From the NCBI RefSeq assembly GCF_018977255.1, contig NW_024704743.1:682001-746000 (forward strand): a stretch of DNA of 64,000 nt. The letters run 5' to 3'. Of this stretch, positions 36,314 through 50,560 are shown in pieces. A program made the translations under genes and the position numbers. Below the pieces are notes generated by a model. The model saw nothing but the letters and a program-made list of their open reading frames with translations. It searched no databases and had not been told where the DNA came from. Numbering within the stretch: position 1 is the stretch's first letter; each line of letters opens with the position of its first letter. The stretch comes from Callorhinchus milii (lineage: Eukaryota).

Positions 36314-38138
36314 ACCGCCCCACACCACGTCTCAACGGCCATTCACGGTCATGGAAATTAAATGCATTCGTGAGTTATCGATGGCCGGAACTCCCGCAAT
36401 TCGATTTAGCTCTTCGAAACCTTTTATTCCAATGCGGAATGGTCATTGCTAAGAAAAAAAATGAATAAAAATGACGATTTTTTCTTTTTTTTTATTATTA
36501 GTAGTAGTAATAATAATAATAATATAATAAAAAAAGAAAAACAACAAATAAAATAAAACAAATAACCTGCCAGGGTGTGCAACGGGACCATCGGTCTCTG
36601 ATATGGGGCATTGGAGGTGAAATTTTCATCCCCTCCTCCCGTTCGTCGGAGCGAAATTTCTGATCATTTGATCCCATAAATAATAATAATAATAATAATA
36701 ATCCTCGCATTTGATACGGGGCCTTATCAGGTGATTGAGAGACGTCTCAAAGCGCTTCACGGGATACACCGTGAAGTGGATCGACTGTATGTTTTTTTTG
36801 GGGGGCGAAACGCAGCAGCCAATTGCGCACGGAGTGGTAATCGAACGCGGGCAGAAGAAGCCACAAAGGAGTATCAGAGATTCCTTCAAGTAACAGGAGC
36901 GCGGGCCGCTGTTTAGCGAATGCTCCCGACTCTCCCGCACGGAGCACGGGTTATTCTCGAAGGAGTTTCGGGAACTGGGTTAGCAAACGACCGCTGTGCT
37001 TCCCGAGACACTCTGGCTTGTCATCCGTCACATCAGTACGTGTCACACAGCAATGTAAGCAAAAAAAACCACACGCCCGACGGTACTCAGAAGATAGAGT
37101 GCCCAGTATAAAGCACAGAGGATCGAGGCTGGCTCTCGTCTCCTACGCAAACTCAGAGGCTAAATGCGTGCCATTTGTGTGGCTTTTGGCCTTATCTGAA
37201 ATGCCAGACGGTGACTCTTGTTCTCAGTGAGGCTTAGCCTCTCTATTATGATAATAATCATAATAATAATAATCCTTGCCTCTTATATAGGACCTTATTA
37301 CGTCTCGGGCCTCCCTACCTCTGCGACCTATTAAAAGTTCACCGACCTGTCCTCTCTCTTTAGACGCTGGCCTTTAGCCTCTCCACCCTCTGAGTCTCTC
37401 CGCCTCACCCCCCCCACCCCCCCCTCTCTCTCTCTCAAGCCTTTCCTTTTCGATCGGGCCTTCGGACATCTTCCCATCAATGCAATTTATTGTTGTTGTC
37501 GTTGTACCTCTACTGTTACATCTGTTACGTCACCGACGCTCTAGTTTGAAACGAAACTCCTCTGCGCTTCGAACGACGTATTTTCACCGTGAAGCAGCGT
37601 GGCAATGAATGACAACAACGACAACAATAAACAAGTCACGTTTGTGTTGTTCCTTTCACGTTGGGAGGACTTCCCGAGGTGCTGGGCAGTCAGATCCTGT
37701 GATGGGAGTACCGTAGGGTAGGTGTGTTCTGGAGAGGTCGAGGGGATCTAACAGGACTAAGGAAGGACTTTATCTCTCTCCCCATCATCCGCCCACACTC
37801 TCACTTGGTCTTCCCCTCTCCTACTGTCTGCCCAGCAATGGAAAACCCACTCTCTCGCTGTAGAGCTCACACGAAACAGCCCTCGCTCCAGACGACAGCA
37901 GTAAAGGCAGCTCTCCCACCAAAGAGGAACCCACAATGAGAAACGAGTGAAACTAGAAACCTTCTAAAGGACTAAACTACTTGACACACAATTGCATCCG
38001 TTTTGGTGGAGAGGAGAGAGAGAGAGGGAGAGGGAGAGAAAAGGGGGGGAAGAGAGAGAGAGAGAGAGAGAAAACGAGCCAGAGAGGGATTTGGGGGAAG
38101 AGGAAACAAGGGGGATGCAATTTGCCCAACATGCTTTA

Positions 38139-38297
<159 letters not shown>

Positions 38298-39534
38298 CTA
38301 ATGCAAGAAACACAAACACGTAAACCTGAGGACTGTTTCCATTGGCAACAAACTTTTTTGTTCCCTTTACAGAAGAAAAAGGGAAGAGTTAAGGGAACCT
38401 GTTTTGAGAAGGAGCAATAAAAAGGTTATTATTTCAACCTGTTAAAGGTGGGGAAAGGAAAAAAAANTCTCATTAATTGACAAAGGCGACTACAAAGCCT
38501 TAACCAAAGTCCTACGCACATGTTGTCCGGTAAACCCTCAGTGTCTCCTTCTAACTCAGAAGTGACCTTTTCGAGGAAAACGCAATCCTAAACTTGATTG
38601 AGGAGGGAAACCGAGAACATTGATGTTCAGATCCCACCCCTCCAACACCCACCCACCCACCCCAAGGCAGCAAGACATTGGAGCACAGGTTCAGGAGCAA
38701 TTTCAGGACAGACACAGAACAAGCCTTTTATCACGTCGTCGAGACGTCGAAAAGCGCTCCACAGAATATACTGTAAGATGAGTTGACTGCGGGTTTTGTG
38801 GGTGGGCGAAACGCGGCAGCCAATTACGCGCAGCGGCGTCCCGCGAACAGCAGTGGATTAAGTGGCCAGGTTTTGTTTCTCAGAGAGTTTATTATGATTT
38901 CCCCGGAAATCAATCTGCCGATCGACTATCAATCGGGTTCCTACTTGCTGCTGGGTAACCAGAGGCGCGTGGAGTAAGGAAACTTGGCTGACGTTTCGCC
39001 CCCCACTGCCTGCCCGGGGAAACAAACCTGGTTCCTCTCGTTCGGGGGTTGCAAAGGGGCTAAAATTTCGGGACAAAGACACCAGAGGGGAAGTTAACAG
39101 TGGAACAGGGTTGCCAGCACGGGTGGTTGAGGCGAGACCCTTAGGGGTTCCTTTAAGCAGCAGCTCGATGATGGGCGGATGGTTGGACGGCTGTTCTGGA
39201 GATGAGACCAAATGGGCTGAGGGGCAAAAGGGACCCGAAGCCGACAGGTGGCAAACTCCACATTAAAGGGGAGGAGCGCCATTCCCTCTCCCTATAATTA
39301 ACCCGGCTACCAGTTGCCAAAGCAACCGTCTTCCTCTGATCCTCTCGCTCTCGCTCTCTCTCTCTCTCTTTCTCTCTCTCACCTGAGCTAACAGGGGGGG
39401 AGATTTCGCTGTTTACTGAGCGAGACCGTGTTTCCATCGCAGTGACCTCGGTACTGTCCTGAGGTACAGCCTCCTCGGTTACCGCTCGTCAGCTGTGGCC
39501 ACGGATCAGATAGCACAAAGCGGGAGTTGGTGCA

Positions 39535-39912
39535 AATAATAATAATAATAATAATAATCCTGGCGTTTGACCCGGCGCCTCATCATGCCTTCGAGACGTC
39601 TCGAAGCGCTTCGCAGGATAGGCTGTAAAGCGAATTGACTGAGCGTTTTGTGGAGCGGCTGGATTGCGCAAAGCAGTACCCAAACAGCTGTGGATTAAGT
39701 AACCAAATTAATATTTAAAAATATATATTTTTTTGGGGGGTGGGGGAGGGATTATTACCCCCGGGAAACCGATCCGCTAATCGACTAACAACCGGGATCC
39801 TACTGACTGCTGGTAAACAAGAGGGTGTGGATTAAGGAAACTTGCCCAACGTGTCGCCCTGCCCTGCCCGGGAATCAAACCCGGGTCCTCTCGCTTGCGA
39901 GGCGAGAGCTCA
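39535..39912 (-). mobile_element. tRNA-derived SINE between the duplicated S3-S4 exons
   Basis: Same family consensus. Confidence 0.85.
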
Positions 39913-40410
39913 CCTGCCCATTGAGTGAACCCATCGTGTGCTCCATCTTGGCCTGGCCTTCAGATGGCCTTTGAGATTCCCCCCCCCCCCCGCCACCCAC
40001 CCATCGCCTTTTCCATACACCACAACATGTGCATCAAACTGAGGTTAAGACTCCATGTGCCACACTTAAGACTATAAGCGCAGACAGTAATAACTTTGAT
40101 GGTGGGTGATTCTTAATGGGGAGATGGACAAGGTGGGGGTGGGGGGGGTTGGGGTGGAGGGTGATTGGGGGTGAATCCGAGTAATTCAACCTGGCTCCCC
40201 GTTTGCTCGTGTCCTGTTTTGTGAGTCCGCGAAGGCGAGGAGTCACATCTCCGTCAAGAAAGCCAACTTACAGTCAGAAGAGTGGGAAGATGGGGAGGTG
40301 GGTTAGCACATGAGTGTCAGCACATTTGTGGTCCTGCACTGCTTTAAGGAGTTCCTCAAGGCGATGGCCTTTCCACATGGTCACAGAGCTACACGTATAG
40401 GTGGCCTTAC

Positions 40411-40533
40411 CCTCATGCCTTCAAATCTGGACAAGGCTCGGAGTGGTCTCAGTGCCCTCAGAGTCCTGAGCGATTTCATAGCACTCAACTGGTCGTAACC
40501 CAGAGCCGTGGCTAACAGGCAAACCACGGAGAT
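40411..40533 (-). CDS. SCN5A: DIII S3-S4 exon, copy A ([41 protein letters not shown])
   Basis: 123 nt, acceptor gtgcag, donor AGG|GTAAGG. Intact S4 charge series. Confidence 0.88.
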
Positions 40534-40559
40534 CTGCACAAGATCGAACGGAATGGAGT

Positions 40560-41075
40560 TATAATAATAATCATAATCAGAATAATCCTGGCATTGAATC
40601 ATAGAATCTTACAGCACCATTCGGCCCATCGCGCCCGAGCCTAGCTCTTGGCGACAGCTATCCAACTAGTCTCCCTCCCTCCACTCTTACCCCACAGCCC
40701 GGCAAATGTTTTCCTTTTTTNAAGTACGCCGCATTTGAGATTGCAAAGCACTTCATCAAATGGTTGAGACATCTCCAAACGCTTCACGCGATATACCGTT
40801 AAAGAGGACTAACTGTATATTTTGTGGGCAAAATTGGGCAGCCATTTGTGGGGTCCCACAAACAGTGGTGGATTGAATGACCACATCTTTTTTGGGGAAA
40901 TTATTACCCCCTGGAAAGCGATCCGCCAATCGATTAACAACCGGGTTCCTACTTACTGCTGGGTACACAGAGGCGTGCGTGTGGAGTAAGGGAAACTTGC
41001 CCAAGGTCTCACCCTGCCCGGGAATTGAACCCGGGTCCTCTCGCCTGCGAGGCGAATGCGCTAACCACTGAGCTA
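40560..41075 (-). mobile_element. tRNA-derived SINE with a nested CR1 3' fragment (~40597-40720)
   Basis: The SINE tail is interrupted by a CR1-type end, GAATCATAGAATCTTACAGCAC...CCATTCGGCCCATCG. Confidence 0.7.
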
Positions 41076-41631
41076 ACAGTCTGGTCCAGTCCATCATTGG
41101 GTTCGGGAAGCAGAAGGATTCTCTCTATACAGGGAATGTCCAGGCGACACGGTTCTCATTATCAGACTGACCCCAGAGCCGCTGTATCTCTTGACGCAAC
41201 ACTTTGGACGTGTTAAAATAACAAGTTAATTATAGACCCCCCCCCCACTCCGCCCTCCACCACCAACCGCCCACTTGAGCGTTGTTCACAACAGCTTAAC
41301 CCTCTCCCACCAGCCGATATTTCAGGGGAATCCAGATCAAGGCGAACATAGGGCGGGTAATAATCGTTGCATTTGATACAGCGCCTTATCACGTCTCAAA
41401 GCGCTTCACAAAATAGACTCCAAAGTGAATTGACGTCGTATTATGCGGGCGCGATGGTGTGTATGTGGCAGGTGGATTGAGCCAGCACGAGTGCTGGAGC
41501 TCTCCACTTCAAAACCAGTTCCCTGGGCCCGTTTATCCCGCTCCTCTTCTTGGGGTCCACAAGCCTTGGCCTTGGCAACCTGCGCCTAATACTCTCCGGA
41601 ATTAGGTAAGCAGGGGGGGGGGGTCTCTCCA

Positions 41632-41688
<57 letters not shown>

Positions 41689-44045
41689 CGCATCCCATTC
41701 CAACAATCTATCTCTGGATTTCCAAGTGTAATTGGGATCCACTGGATTCTCAGTTTGGTTTGGAGACTCTTTTGCTACGGTGATGGGTTTCCGCACGTGT
41801 CAGCCACACCCGGCTGGGCAAAACAACATTCAAATCGCCCCGGGGCGCTGCACAGGGCGAAGGGGCGCTATACAAATACAAGTTGTCGTTGTTATTCGGT
41901 TCCGTTTTATATGCTCTCACGATCTCAACCTCTTGTAGAAAGCGTTCCATCCTTTGGCAACCATCTGTGTGAAAAGATCTCTTTCAAACTCCCCCCACCT
42001 CCTCCTCATCTCTTAATGCTGTGTTGGGGAGGGGCGAGCGGGGTGGTGGGGTGGGTGTGTGGGGTGGTGGGGGGAGCGGGGGAGGGAGGTGGTGGTGGTG
42101 GCATTCTAATTTAACAGTACAATAAGAGTAAATAATCCTGGGGTCTTGGCCAACTCAACTAAAATGGATCACTTTGTGACATTACTACGCTCCGCAGTAA
42201 AATCCCGTGAAGCGCTTTGAGACGTCTCGATGACGTGATAAGGCGGCGTATCAAATGCAAGGATAACCACAATAACAATGGCACCCTCGTCACGCCGTTG
42301 ATACTTATTCAGGATCGTCGGACGTGCCGACGGGGAGTCCTTCTGCATTGAGGATCTGCGGCTGGACACTGCAGGAGTTAAACACATTCTGCGGCTTACT
42401 CTATAGCATCTGTTGCAGATCGGAGGACGTGTTGGAGAGCTCACCCGCAGGGAGATGGAGTGGGTGGGCGGGGAGCATGATAAGAGGTAGGTTTGACGTA
42501 GACTGTGGCGCAAGCAAAGCTGGCGTCCGTGCCTCATTCCGCCTTGGTCTCGTGGTCTCGTTCTAACACGCAAGGTTCTTTCCCATCCAACCCCGAATGA
42601 TAACAGCAGAATGCCAACTTACGTTGGCATTTACGTGGGCATTTACGTGGGCAACTTTACCATAAATTCAACACCTGAAAGGGCTTTAGCTAAATATATA
42701 CCTCAATAAATTGATTGGATCAGAAAATGGATGTTACATAGACTTAAGGTGGACAAGCATTGTGGATTTCCACATCTCCTTGAAAGACTGGAGACTTCTA
42801 GTTTGGCCAAGGACTCCTTCCTCTAACACTAGAGATAAACCTCATTACTCTACTCTGTACTGCCTCCAGGCAGCCACCTTGGGGCACATCAACCGGAGGA
42901 ACAACAACAACTTGCATTTATACGGGTCCTTTCACGCGGGGCAGAGAAGTGTACGTGGTGAGGACTGGGGTGCTGGGGGCGTAGAGAGTTTGGTGAGCGG
43001 TGAGGACACGGGCGACAGAATTCTGTACAGGATGGGCTTTGTGGACGAAGGAACTGGGAGACCGGGGACGAAAGCGTTTGAGAAATCAAGGAAGGAGGTG
43101 ACCAGGGCGTGAATGAGGGATCGATTCATGGGCGAAAGGCGATGCGATCGGTCGGAGGCGGGAGACGGAGCGCGCAACCAGGAAACCTTTCCCCCAGGCG
43201 CAGGGTCTGCCACACGTGGAAACATCCAATTGAGACATACGGACGCCAAACAAAGTTAACAACAAGAAAAACAAACGGTATTCACAGCCACACTCGTGTG
43301 TGTGTGTTTTTTTTCACGTGCGCAATAACGGGTTTTCGACCCGACAGACCGGAGAAGTCGTAGGAGAACTTCAACAACGACTCGTGTTTATACGGTGCCC
43401 TTCCCGCAGGGGAGGGCCTCGGAGCGCGTGAATGCGGAAGGCTGCGTTTTTAGGGCCGAGAACATCAAACTCTCTCGGGAGAGCAGCGCCGTGCGGAGGA
43501 ACTCTCATTTTGCACGTGAAACCCAGCAGCCATTTTGCAGCTCGCCAACGGGGCCCCCACAAGCAGCCATTGTGTTTTTGGAGTTATCGTCGACCAGGAC
43601 ACCGGGAGAAACCGCCTCCCCTTTCCAAAATAGCACCGAGGGGGTTGTCAACGCGCAGCGGAACCGGGCAGACCGGACCTTGCGCTTTAGTGGCACAGCC
43701 GAAGGACGACGCCTCCTACAATACCACTGGAGCATCAGGGTGGGCTGTGACATGGCGGGGGAAAGGGTTGGTGGGGGGGCGGGGATCGAACTCACCACCT
43801 TCTCGCCTGGTGGAGTGGGGGGTTGAGAGAGTTACTGACTGACTGACTAAGGCGCAGTGATGACAACAACAGGAGACATTTACACAGCGCCTTTCACGTC
43901 GGGAGGACGTCCCAAGGCGCTGGACAGTCAGGGATGTGCACCTAAGCTGAGGGTTGGGATACCTATATATATATTATATATAAAATGGACGTGTCATGGA
44001 TACACAGTGAGGAGGAGAGAAAGAGACGTCTGTGTTCATACTTAC

Positions 44046-44219
44046 ATCCACGATGAGGAAGTCCAGCCAGCACCAAGCGTTGGTAAAGTACTTCTTGAAG
44101 CCGTAAGCCACCCACTTGAGGAGCATCTCCAGCACGAAGACGTAGGTGAAGACTTTGTCCGTGTACTCCAGCAGAATCTTCACCACCTTCTTGCTGTCGA
44201 TATAAATGTCTTCAAACGC
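44046..44219 (-). CDS. SCN5A: Nav1.5-like exon 21 equivalent (DIII S2-S3; AFEDIY...[12 protein letters not shown])
   Basis: 174 nt, AG/GTAAGT bounded. Confidence 0.95.
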
Positions 44220-45130
44220 CTGCGGGCGACGAAAACGCCGATCAGGGCTGTAGAATGGTGCTCGCACGCGAGCGCACAAGAAGCGTTTGCCCTTCACGGT
44301 GCAATTTTCCGCGTGTACGAGTTTGGGGGAAAATATCGTGCGCGGTCTCGGACACTTGGACTCCGAATAATAATAATAATAATTATAATAATAATAATCC
44401 TTGCATTTGATGTATATAACGCCTTATCACGTCTCACAGAATATGCTGCAAAAAAGTGACTTGACCGAATATTTTGCGGGGCGACACTCGGCAAAGAGCC
44501 CGCACAGACACGACGGGCCGAATGGCCTTCCTCCGCGCTGTGAAGATCTCTGGCTGCCACTCTTCGCCTACAAAACCAGGCAAAAAAAAAAATCCGCACG
44601 CGATCCCACATTTGACGGTAAAATCCTGCGCGACATCTTGCCGCGTGGCGTCCTTCGGTCCCGAAAGGAACGGCGACCAATGCGACGATTGCTATCGCTG
44701 TCGGTCGGTCGGGGTTCAGTCTGCGTTCAGCGCGTTTCGCCCGCAAGACGCACAGTCGCCCCCACTTTGCGGTATCTCCCGTGGAGCGCTCTGAGGCGTC
44801 TCGAAGATGTGATAAGGCGATGTATCGAATGCAAGGATTATTATTATTATTATTATTCCTTCGCACTAAAGCTGTTGCAATACACGGACTGACCATTGGT
44901 GACACTATCTCACCCCCCAATTGTATGATAACTCTCGCGTGACACAAGCACCTTATCATCTCGTCGTTGGGACATCTCAGAGCCCTTCACGGGATTTGTA
45001 CGGTGACGCGTAGTAACTGTGAATCTCTATTCTTTGGTGTGAAGTCTGTTTGCCACGTTGGCCTACAAAAAACACACAGTCCACCACAAAGACCACAGGC
45101 TACAGGAAACCCAACCGCTGTCCAGCTTAC

Positions 45131-45285
45131 CAAAGCCCCGCTGCTGAGGAGAATCATGAAGATGATGAAGGTTTCAAACCAGTTGTGCTCCACGATCCTG
45201 AAGCAGGTCTTCCTCAGGTTCCACCACAGCCTGCCTATCCCCGACAAGGTGTCTATCTGGCAGCAGGAGCAATGGCGCACGCACA
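45131..45285 (-). CDS. SCN5A: Nav1.5-like exon 20 equivalent (DIII-S1; [32 protein letters not shown])
   Basis: 155 nt, AG/GT bounded, phase-compatible. Confidence 0.95.
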
Positions 45286-48084
45286 CTGGCAAAAAAGAAA
45301 ACAAAACAAGGAATTGTTGGTTGGGAGGGGGTTGTTAGATGATCCACAGACCCTTTTCCTGCTGGTGTTCACGAGGCACAGCCCAGGAACATACGCTCAC
45401 ACCAAACAGCGGCTTGTGGTGATACAGTTGGCACAGTGACACAGGAAGCGTGTGTGTGGAGTAAGGAAACTTGCCCAAGGTTGCGCCCGGGAATCGAATC
45501 CGGGTCCTCTCGCTCGCGAGGCGAGCAGCGCTCTAACCACTGAGCTACAGGACTCCGAGCAGAGACTTCTCTCACTGTCTGGCAAGCTTTCCGCTGCTTG
45601 TCCAGCCAGGACCACCCTTAGCCATTAGGGATGGTAGGATTAACATTTTGCCACTCAAAGTGTTGAACTGCGGTACAATTGTGGGCAAGGCATCGCCAAG
45701 GGGCCATGCCCTCCACGAGCTGAGCAGGAATGTGCTAGGCCTGTTATCCGCTGCTTTGGAGATGGGCCCCGTGACCGGGCTGGTTATCAGCTGGTATGAA
45801 AACAATCTGCAGAGTGCCTGGCACATTACTCTGCAATATCACTGCGCACAGTCCCAGGCAAATGACCCAGTCTCTCTTTATTCAGCCCCCTGAGCCTGTT
45901 CTGTTGGTCGAATAATAATAATAATACTTGCATTCGTCATAGCATGTTATTACATCGTTGAGACGTCTCGAAGAGCTTCACAGAATATAGTGTAAAGGGA
46001 ATTGATGGTGACTGAACTCTTATTCCTAGAATTGTCTTCCTCAAAAGGCCGTGGATGCTGAATCCATTAACATTTTCAAGACTGAGGCGGATAGATACAT
46101 CTGTTTGCTACGTCAGGGAATCAAGGGATATGAGGAAAAGGTGGTCAATTGGAGTTGAGGTACAGATCAGCCATGATCTAAGAGAATATTGGAACAGGCT
46201 CGAGGAGCTGAATTCAAGGAAAGGAACAGCCTGGGGGTGTGGGGTGTGGGAAGAGTTCAGTTCAGATGAAACAGATTGCGTTCGGAGGTGGGGTGGGTGG
46301 GGGGGGGGGGGGCGCGCGGGAGGGAGATTTCAATTTAACAAATAACTCCGGTCTCACTTATGTCTAATCCAGCATTAGCAATAATAATGCTGAGGCCTTT
46401 CAGTGTGATTACTGAGGTTATGTAACTGATCTCCTCACGTTTCCTGCTCAGAGACTTAATGTCCTACATGCAGAGCAATCAAACAATTACTGCAAGTGAT
46501 ATGATTATATCCTCCTTCCAGCATATCGGAGCCAAGGAATCATCCCACTCAGCCTCTGTTAACCCAGCACAACAACAGCCCAAATGAGTAGGATGGTCAT
46601 CGCTGGACAGACAGGAGGAAGCTTACCAGACAGTGTTCTCGATGACAATCTGTGTATTTTTTGGGGGCTGCAAAAACTCCAGCTGCTAACCGTGCCCCCC
46701 ACGTGCCCCCCCCCCCCCAATCCGCATTCTTGGGTTTCCCCCAAGCCTTTGCTCTTACAGAACCTGAGCCTAATACCCTCTGGAATTAGACGAGCGGGTT
46801 GAGAGTTCACATTCCATTCCAGACACGGGAATTTCCACGTGTAGGTAGAGACATGGGCGCATAGAAACGGGAGGAGGCCATTCAGCCCCTCGAGCCTGTT
46901 CCGCCATTGTATAAGATCATGGCTGATCTGTACCTCAAGTCCAGTTACCTGCCCTTGCCCCGTATCCCTTAATACCCCGACCTAACTTGGAGCCATTACT
47001 CCATTACTTGTGTTGAAACCCAACCCAATGAATGTGCTCCTTCCCCTCCTCTCTCCCTCATCCCCCACTCCCCACCCCCCCTAAGGCACAATTACTGAAC
47101 CAAAGCAACTTAAGACATAATCTGCTGTAACATTTAAGCCTTCCCTGCATATTGACTTCCACTGACTTTACATGCTCAAAACCGATCCACACACACACAC
47201 ACTGCCTTCTCTCTGCCAAGAGATTGATATGACTGGGAGGTTAGTTTGAGGCATTAATAATTGATATCAGATGCTTTACAAGTCCATTAAGCCCCGACGA
47301 TCCCATCATTTCACTTGCAGAGTGGCTCACGTATTGTTTAACGGTGAAACCAGGTGAAATGAGATACCCTTCGTTTAGATGTCCTTTGGATTTCCAGGGT
47401 TCACTGTTCGTTCTGATTTCCCTCCTCCTCCTCCTCCTCCTCCTCCTCCTAAACATGGTGACTGACTACCTTGCCGTTCATCTCACGGCAGTTTGTACTG
47501 CACTCGAATTGGCTTCCTCAACAGCAACAAAATTACATTTATTTTGCGCCTTTCACTTCGAACGAGGATGTCCCAAGGCGCTAGACAGTTAAGGGTTTGC
47601 ACCCGAGCTGGGTGTTGGATTCAAGAGGCGTGGAAGGGTAGGAGAGGTGGCCGAAAGCAGAACAACCAAATCTATCTCCACTGGAGCGATCCAGGAGAAC
47701 CAGCGGACAGAAACTCAGCGGTTATTACTGTCTGGCCAAGCTCTGCTGCTTCTCGTCCACCTAGGACCAACCTACCCGATTTGGCTTTGGTTTGCAGGGG
47801 TAACAGGAGCTGAGTGGGAGGATTCCCCGCCCACAGTGACTGGTCTGCCTTTCCAGGTCCTGCCGATGAGCCAGACAGTTGGGGCCCGGAATACTGTGGA
47901 TCAGGAACCGGACAACCGAGACCACCATGGGGGGGGGGGGGGATTCAAGGATCCAAGGATAGCTCTAAGGATACGATTCTCACCTCCCCCCTCCCACCAG
48001 AAGATAGTCACTAGTTGGTATAGGCGTCATTACAAGGTGCGATGAGAAAACACGGTGCTAAGGTGGGCTATCGTTCGTCAGCTA

Positions 48085-48460
48085 AAGGCTCAGTTGGTAG
48101 CAATTGCCTTTGTGTCAGAAGTTGTGGATTCGAGCCCCGTGAACGCATGTAGTCGAGGCTGACACTCCGATGCAGCGCTGGGGGGAAACGAGCTGCATTG
48201 GCGGAGGTGCCGTCCCTCTTGCGAGACGTTAAACCAGGGTGCCATCTGCCCGTTGAGGTGGCCATTAGAGATCCCTGGCCAGCAATCACACCCCAGATAA
48301 AGTTGATCATCCACTTCGTGGCTGTCTACCGCTGTGCGCAAACCGACCGCCGAGTTTGCCTACAAACTACACAGTCACAACACTTCCCAGTAGGTCCTGT
48401 GAAGCGCTTTGAGACGTCCTCCCCGATGTGAAAGGTGCTGTATCAAACTGCGAGGATCGT
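48085..48460 (+). mobile_element. Deu-domain (DeuSINE-like) tRNA SINE; related copies at ~16825-17225 and ~32480-32970
   Basis: tRNA-like head, then GAGGTGCCGTC...GAGACGTTAAACC resembling the Deu core as recalled. The tail is shared with the dominant SINE. Confidence 0.65.
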
Positions 48461-48818
48461 TATTTTTTTTGTTGAGTTTCACTGCTCAACATTTGCGACC
48501 GTTGGAAATTTGCGGGCGAAGCGCGGCAGCCAATTTGCGCACAGCAGCGTCCCCACAAATGGTCGTGGATTGAGTGACCGAATTATTATTATTTCTTTGA
48601 GGGGATTATTACCCCCAAAAGCGATCCATCAATCGACTATAACACTTGGGTCCCTACATACTGCTGGGTAAACAGAGGCGTGTGTGTGTGTGTGGAGTAA
48701 GGAAGACTTGGTTAAGGTTTTGCCCTGCCCGCCCGGGAATCGAACCCCGGGTACTCTCGCTTGCGAGGGTTTAAGCTACGGGACTCCGCACGCGTTAAAG
48801 ACCCGGGTCTCTGCTTAC

Positions 48819-48945
48819 CTTCCGTGAAGCAATCTTCCGGGTCCACGGCCTCTTCCGTTTGCTCAGAATACTGATCATCCGCATCCCCAGCGTTTTCCAG
48901 GTCCACCGTGCTTCCTTCCGAACTGCTGGAGAGTTCATCCAGTTT
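48819..48945 (-). CDS. SCN5A: Nav1.5-like exon 19 equivalent (KLDELSSSSEGSTVD...DPEDCFTE)
   Basis: 127 nt, AG/GTAAGC bounded. SSSEGSTVD and PEDCFTE Nav linker motifs. Confidence 0.92.
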
Positions 48946-50127
48946 CTGGAGAGGAATAGCAAGCGCACGGACACACTTAATCGCTTTTGTTACCAACCGG
49001 ATTAATGCCCACATACACACAAACAACACCCAAACCTAATTTCCCACTCTTGATTCCGTTCTCTCTACTTCCCTGCCAGACAGCGCTCTCGATGGCCGAG
49101 CTGTGTGCGTGGGTTTAGCTGGTTAGACTCCAGCAGTTACCCCAACGCACACTCTGGGCTCCCCCCCCACCCCCCACCCCCCACAAGCCTTGGCTCTCGC
49201 CAACCTGCGCCTAATACTTTCCGGAATTCGGTAAACAGGAGGAGGAAAGAGAGAGAGGGAGAGAGAGAGAGAGAGAGCATTCCATTCCATTCCAGCCATC
49301 TATCTCTAGATTTTCCATGTGACGCATGAAATTCTCAGTTAGGCTTTGGAAACTTTTAACCGTGGGGATGGGTTTCCGCCAGTTTCAGACACTGGACTGA
49401 AAAATCTGCTTCCCTGTGAGACATCAAGACCTGGATGAGCCACAGTTTCCTGCCGCTTGTCGCCCTGGCTCGGTTGGCAGCGCTCTTCCCTCCGAATCAG
49501 AAGACTTTGGGTCCACGTTGGGAACTTTGAGCAGGTAGTGAGATTGAATGGACAGTTTGCGTCGAGAGCCAGTGCAGAACTCGATGGCGCACATTTCCAC
49601 GATTCTACGCTTGCAGTGCTCGGACGTCAATTAAATGCGAGCGCTGTATTGCTTAATTGACGTTCGAGCACTACAAGCGTAGAATTGGAGGTTGGCCACG
49701 TTCGTTGGAGGACCGTTAAACCGCAGAACATTGCCAGATGTTCCGTCCCTTCACATCAGCAGCTGGCTTGAACTGGAGCAGGTTGATTTGGCAAATGCTC
49801 GGTGGGGATTTATCATTCTAAAGTGAGTTCTCCTGGTTAGTGAGCGAGTCTTGATCCAAGGGGCACGGATAAACTGAACTGCAATAATATCCTTTATATA
49901 ACCGCGAGCTCCAGAGTAAAGGGTGCATGGGCTTACGCACACAGGGTAGAGGCAACTACTTTTCATGGCAGTAACTATAGAACGGCCTTTCCCTCCTCCA
50001 ATAATTACCAGTGCCCCTCTCTAGGTCCCGTGCTGCCATTTTGTTTAACCCTGAGGCAAGGGTTTATTTATTTTGTTAATTCCAGGCCTGACGCTGGGCT
50101 CCAGGTTGTTTTTTTTTCCCCTCGACA

Positions 50128-50560
50128 TCTATCTACCTATACTAATAAAGACGAAATGTCGGTCTGTCTGCCAATAACCCAACAACCGATTGACGTAGAG
50201 ACATGATTTATAGCTCATCAGAAAGGGCTTGTGTGCGAGAGTGCCATGGGCATATTTTTCTGGGGGGGAATCTCCTATCATTGATGATCTATGATCTAAA
50301 GAAGCTCATCACATATGTATGGCAGTTTTGCTTAAGGTACACACAAGCTCCTCCCCTGGCTGCAAAGCTCCTCCCCTGGCTTCAAAGCTCCTCCCCTTTC
50401 TTCAAAGCTCCTCCCCTGGCTTCAAAGCTCCTCCCCTGGCTTCAAAGCTCCTCCCATCGTTATAAACCCCACCCGTCAGAACAAGCCCCGCCCATTGTTA
50501 CAAGCTCCGCCTGCACTGCAAGTAAATAACTGAGTCCCGCACAGAGTACCTGCAGTGACG
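50128..50560 (+). mobile_element. Possible non-autonomous Helitron-like element with an internal 20-bp minisatellite (50345-50455)
   Basis: Starts ...CTATACTAATAAAGACGAAATGTCGGTCTGTCTG, resembling Helitron 5' ends. Tandem AAAGCTCCTCCCCTGGCTTC x~5. No clear 3' hairpin or CTRR end. Confidence 0.4.

Noticed and set aside
38467..38467. Single N near the duplicated exons as a sign of misassembly
   Set aside because: One ambiguous base in an A-run. The two exon copies and their flanks are too diverged to be a haplotype duplication.
38536..38566. 31-nt possible 18N-like poison exon upstream of exon copy B (AG|GTC...GAGG|GT)
   Set aside because: Weak donor (GTTTAC) and purine-interrupted acceptor. 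Not supportable without RNA data.
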